Source of the DNA: Colwellia sp.
Lineage (GTDB): Bacteria > Pseudomonadota > Gammaproteobacteria > Enterobacterales > Alteromonadaceae
Assembly (NCBI GenBank): GCA_026196955.1
Contig: JAPHTO010000060.1
Location: 18,425-82,424 of the forward strand
Direction: 5' to 3'
DNA: 64,000 nt
The translations under genes were made by a program, and so were the position numbers. The notes under the pieces are model-generated. The model was not told where the DNA came from, ran no database searches, and saw only the letters and a list, made by a program, of their open reading frames with translations. This document shows, in pieces, positions 60,766 through 64,000 of this stretch (position 1 is its first letter; every line of letters begins with the position of its first letter).

Positions 60766-60948
60766 AAGAAAAACAAGGCAAGGAAGCCACGCAAAGTAGA
60801 CCGAGGAAACAGACAGAAAGCTGTTAAAATAGAAGAGCCCCCACTACATCTAAATTTGGCAGTCCCGCTGTCATAGGTTTCCCGTTAGACCGGTAACTTT
60901 GCGTCTCTAGTTTTCACTAGATTTGCCCTTGTCGAGCTTTAGCAGCTC
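60766..60948 (-). ncRNA. Candidate ~180-nt structured small RNA of unknown family
   Basis: A GC-richer island in an AT-rich spacer. It forms a long imperfect hairpin on the minus strand: CAAGGGCAA/TTGCCTTG, ACGCAAAGT/ACTTTGCGT (9 bp), ACCG/CGGT, GGAAAC/GTTTCC, GACAG/CTGTC. The 3' arm runs into TTTTTCTT, and a promoter lies just upstream. Confidence 0.4.
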
Positions 60949-60954
60949 GAGAAC

Positions 60955-60982
60955 ATTATAAGTCATGGTTTTAAATTGTAAA
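60955..60982 (-). promoter_or_regulatory. Near-consensus sigma70 promoter facing the structured region
   Basis: On the minus strand: TTTACA (60982-60977), a 16-nt spacer, TATAAT (60960-60955), preceded by a T-rich UP-like tract. Confidence 0.45.
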
Positions 60983-61057
60983 CAAAAAAAACTAACAAGT
61001 GACTAGTAATCACGCTAAAATAGCAATTAAACTATCGCTAACGCCTTATTTTTACTG

Positions 61058-62926
61058 ATGTTCATTATAAAAAAAATATTTGTTTTATTTCTTTTTTTCC
61101 TCACTATTACCGCTGGTTTTAGTGCTTTTAGCTCATTAGCCAGTGAAAATAACTTAACGTCTCAAGCACAATTAATGGATCAAGTTGAGTACTTAATTCA
61201 ACAAGACGCCGAAAGTCTGCACTACGATGAAGTGATTCGATTAAGTAACAAAATAATTCCTAATAGAAGCAAATACCCTAAAGAAGTTATTGCTAAAATA
61301 TATTTATTATTAGCTAACATTGCTTTAAATAAGGGCGAGATGGAAAGCGCTTTTCAATTTACTCAAGATGGCCTAGTAGCAGCAAGTCTGCATCAAAAAA
61401 CTCAACTTTGCTTACAAATAAAGTTGGCAGAAATTTTAACGGCAAAAAAACAATATAAAAAGTTGTTGAGTGTTTCTGAAAATACCATCAAAGCATTAGG
61501 AGCAGAAGATAATACTAAGTATATGCTCTTTGCATTAAGTTATAGAAGCGTTGCCAATGCTATGTTATTCAAACATAACAAAGCACTTGAAGATCTCCAA
61601 AAAGTTCAAGCTGTTATTGAGCAAAACCCAGCCTTTAGTGAACATATTTCACTGTTATCTATTTTGGCTAATGCCTACTACTATTTAGGCGAATACCAGA
61701 CCTCACTAACCATACAATTAAAAATATTGAAGTTACGATTTACCCTTAATAGGCTTGATAATGTTAATCAAACCTATAATCATCTCGGCAATGCCTATTT
61801 GAATTTACATCGATATAATGATGCCTATAACGCGTATTGGGAAGCCAAACGATATGCAGAAAAAAAAGCGGCACCAATCTATGCCGCTTATGCTGGGCAA
61901 GGTATGGCTTTAGCATTACAACATCAAAAACAGTATTTACAAGCCCAAACAGAGTTAGTCAAAGCGCAAAAAATATTTCATCAACATAATTTGGCGACAC
62001 CTTATTTAGAAACCCTCATCACACTTGCGCAAATCAGCCACGAAATAAAACAATTTCCAGCAAAAGAAGCCTATTTATTAGCAGCTGAAAAGAGAGCCGA
62101 GGATAACCAATTAACTGATCAATATATTATTTTGTATCAATTACTTGCCCATATGTATTTAACTAAAAATGAAGTTAAAAAGGCTTACTTTTGGCAAGAA
62201 AAATACAGCCAAGCTTTACTAGACACAAAGCCTTTAAAGCTAGATGCTCGTGCCCACTCAACACAAAAAAAAGACCTTGTTGATAGCTTACAAACCAAAA
62301 AACTTGCTTTAGAGCTTGCAGAAAAAAGCGAACTGGCAAGTACCTTTACCAGTAAATACCAGCATCAACAAATAATGATCTGGGTATTATTATTCATTAT
62401 TACATCAATAATTCTTAGTCAACTTTTTATTTGGCTAAGACGTAGAGCTAAACGTTCACGAAGCGAATATGATGAACAGGATACAAGTTGCCAAGTTTTA
62501 GTGAATCCCATTCAAACAAAAGCGCTTTATCAAGCGAATTTCAACATGGCCAGAAAATACGCTTACCCCCTGACGTTAGGCTATATTTCAATCAACAATT
62601 GGCAAGAATTACTGTTTAAGTTTAACAAAAAAGTTGTCAATGAAGTCAGTGACAATATAGTCGATTTAATCAATGAGCATATTAGCGAATTTGAAAACGC
62701 AGGTTTAATTAATGATGGCGAGTATTTATTGCTTTTCCCTCATCAAAACAAAGAAGATGTTATGATAACCATGGAAAAGTTATTAGAAGATTTGCGCTTA
62801 AGATTTTTTGCCAATTTAGGGGGAGTTTCAGTTATACTTTCCTACTCTGTAGAAAGCCCTGATTTTCAAGATATTGACCCTTATATTTTTCTATCTCAAT
62901 TAAGCTCAGCGGTTAAATCTATATAA
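61058..62926 (+). CDS. TPR-repeat periplasmic domain, TM helix, and highly degenerate GGDEF-like cytoplasmic domain
   Basis: Signal/anchor, multiple TPR-like repeats (YNHLGNAYLNLHRYNDAYNAYWEA...), and a TM helix at about residue 445. The C-terminal LTLGYISINNWQELL...GLINDGEYLLLFPH resembles a GGDEF fold lacking the motif. Confidence 0.65.
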   Translation: MFIIKKIFVLFLFFLTITAGFSAFSSLASENNLTSQAQLMDQVEYLIQQDAESLHYDEVIRLSNKIIPNRSKYPKEVIAKIYLLLANIALNKGEMESAFQFTQDGLVAASLHQKTQLCLQIKLAEILTAKKQYKKLLSVSENTIKALGAEDNTKYMLFALSYRSVANAMLFKHNKALEDLQKVQAVIEQNPAFSEHISLLSILANAYYYLGEYQTSLTIQLKILKLRFTLNRLDNVNQTYNHLGNAYLNLHRYNDAYNAYWEAKRYAEKKAAPIYAAYAGQGMALALQHQKQYLQAQTELVKAQKIFHQHNLATPYLETLITLAQISHEIKQFPAKEAYLLAAEKRAEDNQLTDQYIILYQLLAHMYLTKNEVKKAYFWQEKYSQALLDTKPLKLDARAHSTQKKDLVDSLQTKKLALELAEKSELASTFTSKYQHQQIMIWVLLFIITSIILSQLFIWLRRRAKRSRSEYDEQDTSCQVLVNPIQTKALYQANFNMARKYAYPLTLGYISINNWQELLFKFNKKVVNEVSDNIVDLINEHISEFENAGLINDGEYLLLFPHQNKEDVMITMEKLLEDLRLRFFANLGGVSVILSYSVESPDFQDIDPYIFLSQLSSAVKSI

Positions 62927-62961
62927 GACTCACTTTTTGGTAAATAAATTTTAGGTGAAAA

Positions 62962-63441
62962 ATGATAGCTGTATTACTTGTTACCGCCCTGTTCGTTGTT
63001 ATTAGCGTTTACTTTTACTTTCGAGCCGAAATGCTACAACGTGAATTGCTGGTATTAAAACGTGAATCTGCCAATATTCAAAAAGAAAACAAAAACTTAT
63101 CGAAATCGATGGCATTGCTAGCTAGTAGCCATGAAGACTTTGCTAAAAGCCGCTTAAGCTTGTTAGGCACTAACACATCAGAAAATAAGGATATTGAGTT
63201 AATCATTCCCCTCATAAATAACTACGCCGCTATTTTTCGAGAGTGTTTAACCGGTAAAGGTAAAATGCAACCTATGATCAAGAAGTGCTTTGATAACCAT
63301 GATCCTGATGCATTTAAAGCCTTTATGAAAACAATAATTAAGACAGATAGTAAACTTCAACGCCTATGGGGAAGCAATAACTTAGCAGGTTTTGTTTCTT
63401 TGGCAGAATCGCTGTTAATAAAGTTCAGCAAGGAAAAGTAG
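62962..63441 (+). CDS. Membrane-anchored hypothetical protein
   Basis: 159-aa ORF with an N-terminal TM helix and a coiled-coil stretch. Confidence 0.5.
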   Translation: MIAVLLVTALFVVISVYFYFRAEMLQRELLVLKRESANIQKENKNLSKSMALLASSHEDFAKSRLSLLGTNTSENKDIELIIPLINNYAAIFRECLTGKGKMQPMIKKCFDNHDPDAFKAFMKTIIKTDSKLQRLWGSNNLAGFVSLAESLLIKFSKEK

Positions 63442-63511
63442 GCAGTTAAGGAGTAGGCACCTTTAACTCGCGTTAAAAGCCGATTGAGATATTAAATTCC
63501 GAGAATTATCG

Positions 63512-63766
63512 CTAATTTCGAATCATAATATCAGGTGAAGTGTCTATTTCACCTTCGCAGGAAATAGTAGCAGCATTACCATTACATAATAAGATAGCCA
63601 TACTGCCTGCTTGGCTATCGCGAATGTAGCTTAAGTCGTAGCCGAACTGAGTCAAACTACTGGCTGCAAATTTTTGAGCCAATGACAACTTTCCCCACAA
63701 ATTTTCAGGCACTACGTTTCGCTGTCGCCTTTCAAGAAGTGCTTCCCTTTCTACTGTTGCTTGCAT
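63512..63766 (-). CDS. Small hypothetical protein
   Basis: 84-aa ORF; no motif recognised. Confidence 0.4.
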   Translation of the reverse strand: MQATVEREALLERRQRNVVPENLWGKLSLAQKFAASSLTQFGYDLSYIRDSQAGSMAILLCNGNAATISCEGEIDTSPDIMIRN

Positions 63767-64000
63767 GTTGAGCCTCTATTTTAAATTAAAATGGCAAAAA
63801 TCCATCTAGCCATAATACAATTGGATACATTTACTGCGCTTAAAAAACAAGCGAATACTCTCGTAAGTTATCTCAATTTGTTTTACACATCAACATTTTT
63901 TTATCTAAAAAACTGTTATCATTACCGGCTATGTTTAATAGTCCAATATTTTTTAACTAAGTGTTAATTAATTGCGTAGATATTGTAAATAAACAGAGTG

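Noticed and set aside
60766-60948. Identifying the structured spacer RNA as 6S RNA, SRP (4.5S) RNA, tmRNA, RNase P RNA or a CsrB-type sponge.
   Set aside because: GGGGGCTC and GAGCCCCC-like strings and the ~180-nt rod shape prompted the idea. But there is no SRP GGAA-tetraloop domain IV sequence. The 5'/3' complement needed for 4.5S is missing. There is no recognisable 6S primary-sequence or zapA/ygfA context. There are only 3-4 GGA motifs, all on the non-promoter strand. I therefore kept it only as an unclassified candidate.
11733-62000. Other short overlapping ORFs in the track: 11733-11927, 14960-15386, 16121-16354, 17328-17642, 17960-18154, 19218-19499, 22626-22868, 24351-24542, 25459-25644, 29697-29882, 33027-33239, 33487-33690, 35581-35778, 36066-36251, 42528-42842, 43819-44019, 45454-45744, 47613-47825, 53647-53841, 53921-54112, 54949-55249, 58700-58954, 60389-60574.
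   Set aside because: Each is nested in, or antisense to, a longer ORF that has clear family motifs. I saw no independent evidence such as an RBS or a motif.
1-64000. CRISPR arrays, rRNA genes, integron attC arrays, retron/DGR reverse transcriptases and prophage structural genes.
   Set aside because: I saw no regularly spaced direct repeats, no rRNA-like segments, no RT motif (YxDD) and no phage morphogenesis genes on either strand.

Overview
This 64-kb window looks like a chromosomal segment of an AT-rich marine gammaproteobacterium. The Alteromonadales/Vibrio-like gene order supports that, but the taxon is inference.

Most of the window is core genes in familiar synteny:
- type II secretion operon gspC-D-E-F-G-H-I-J-K-L (1-9957, minus strand)
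- hslR-hslO, pckA, envZ-ompR and an MscS channel
- a porin/FMN-binding/PepSY operon behind a Fur-box-like site
- two GSTs, yihI-hemN, purU, a Prx-Grx hybrid, hutG-hutF, ccoG, srkA-dsbA, rarD-yigI-recQ, a c-type cytochrome and several signalling proteins

The clearly accessory part is 23.5-34.5 kb, around an intact tRNA-His (32076-32152, minus). Two displaced copies of the tRNA 3' half (27918-27963 and 23514-23555) have homologous flanking arms. They delimit two tandem ~4-kb cassettes that lack any integrase.

The tRNA-proximal cassette carries only a co-directional AAA+ ATPase (30675-31643) and a signal-less S8 subtilase (28163-30652). This is the gene composition of the mechanistically unresolved IetAS anti-phage system, and it is my top candidate for the system of interest. 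The distal cassette carries class-V aminotransferase, LysR, VOC and AraC genes. On the other side of the tRNA, a decayed second tRNA-His 5' half plus promoter (34382-34466) brackets a LysR/quinone-oxidoreductase module.

Other items worth a look:
- a candidate ~180-nt structured sRNA with a near-consensus promoter (60766-60982, minus)
- a tail-less tandem-OB SSB paralogue
- a SHOCT-tailed membrane protein
- a histidine kinase with a YfiR-like domain
- two degenerate GGDEF proteins
- a low-complexity insert in GspK

I recognised no CRISPR array, rRNA, transposase or integrase gene. All similarity statements come from reading the sequence by eye; no searches were run.
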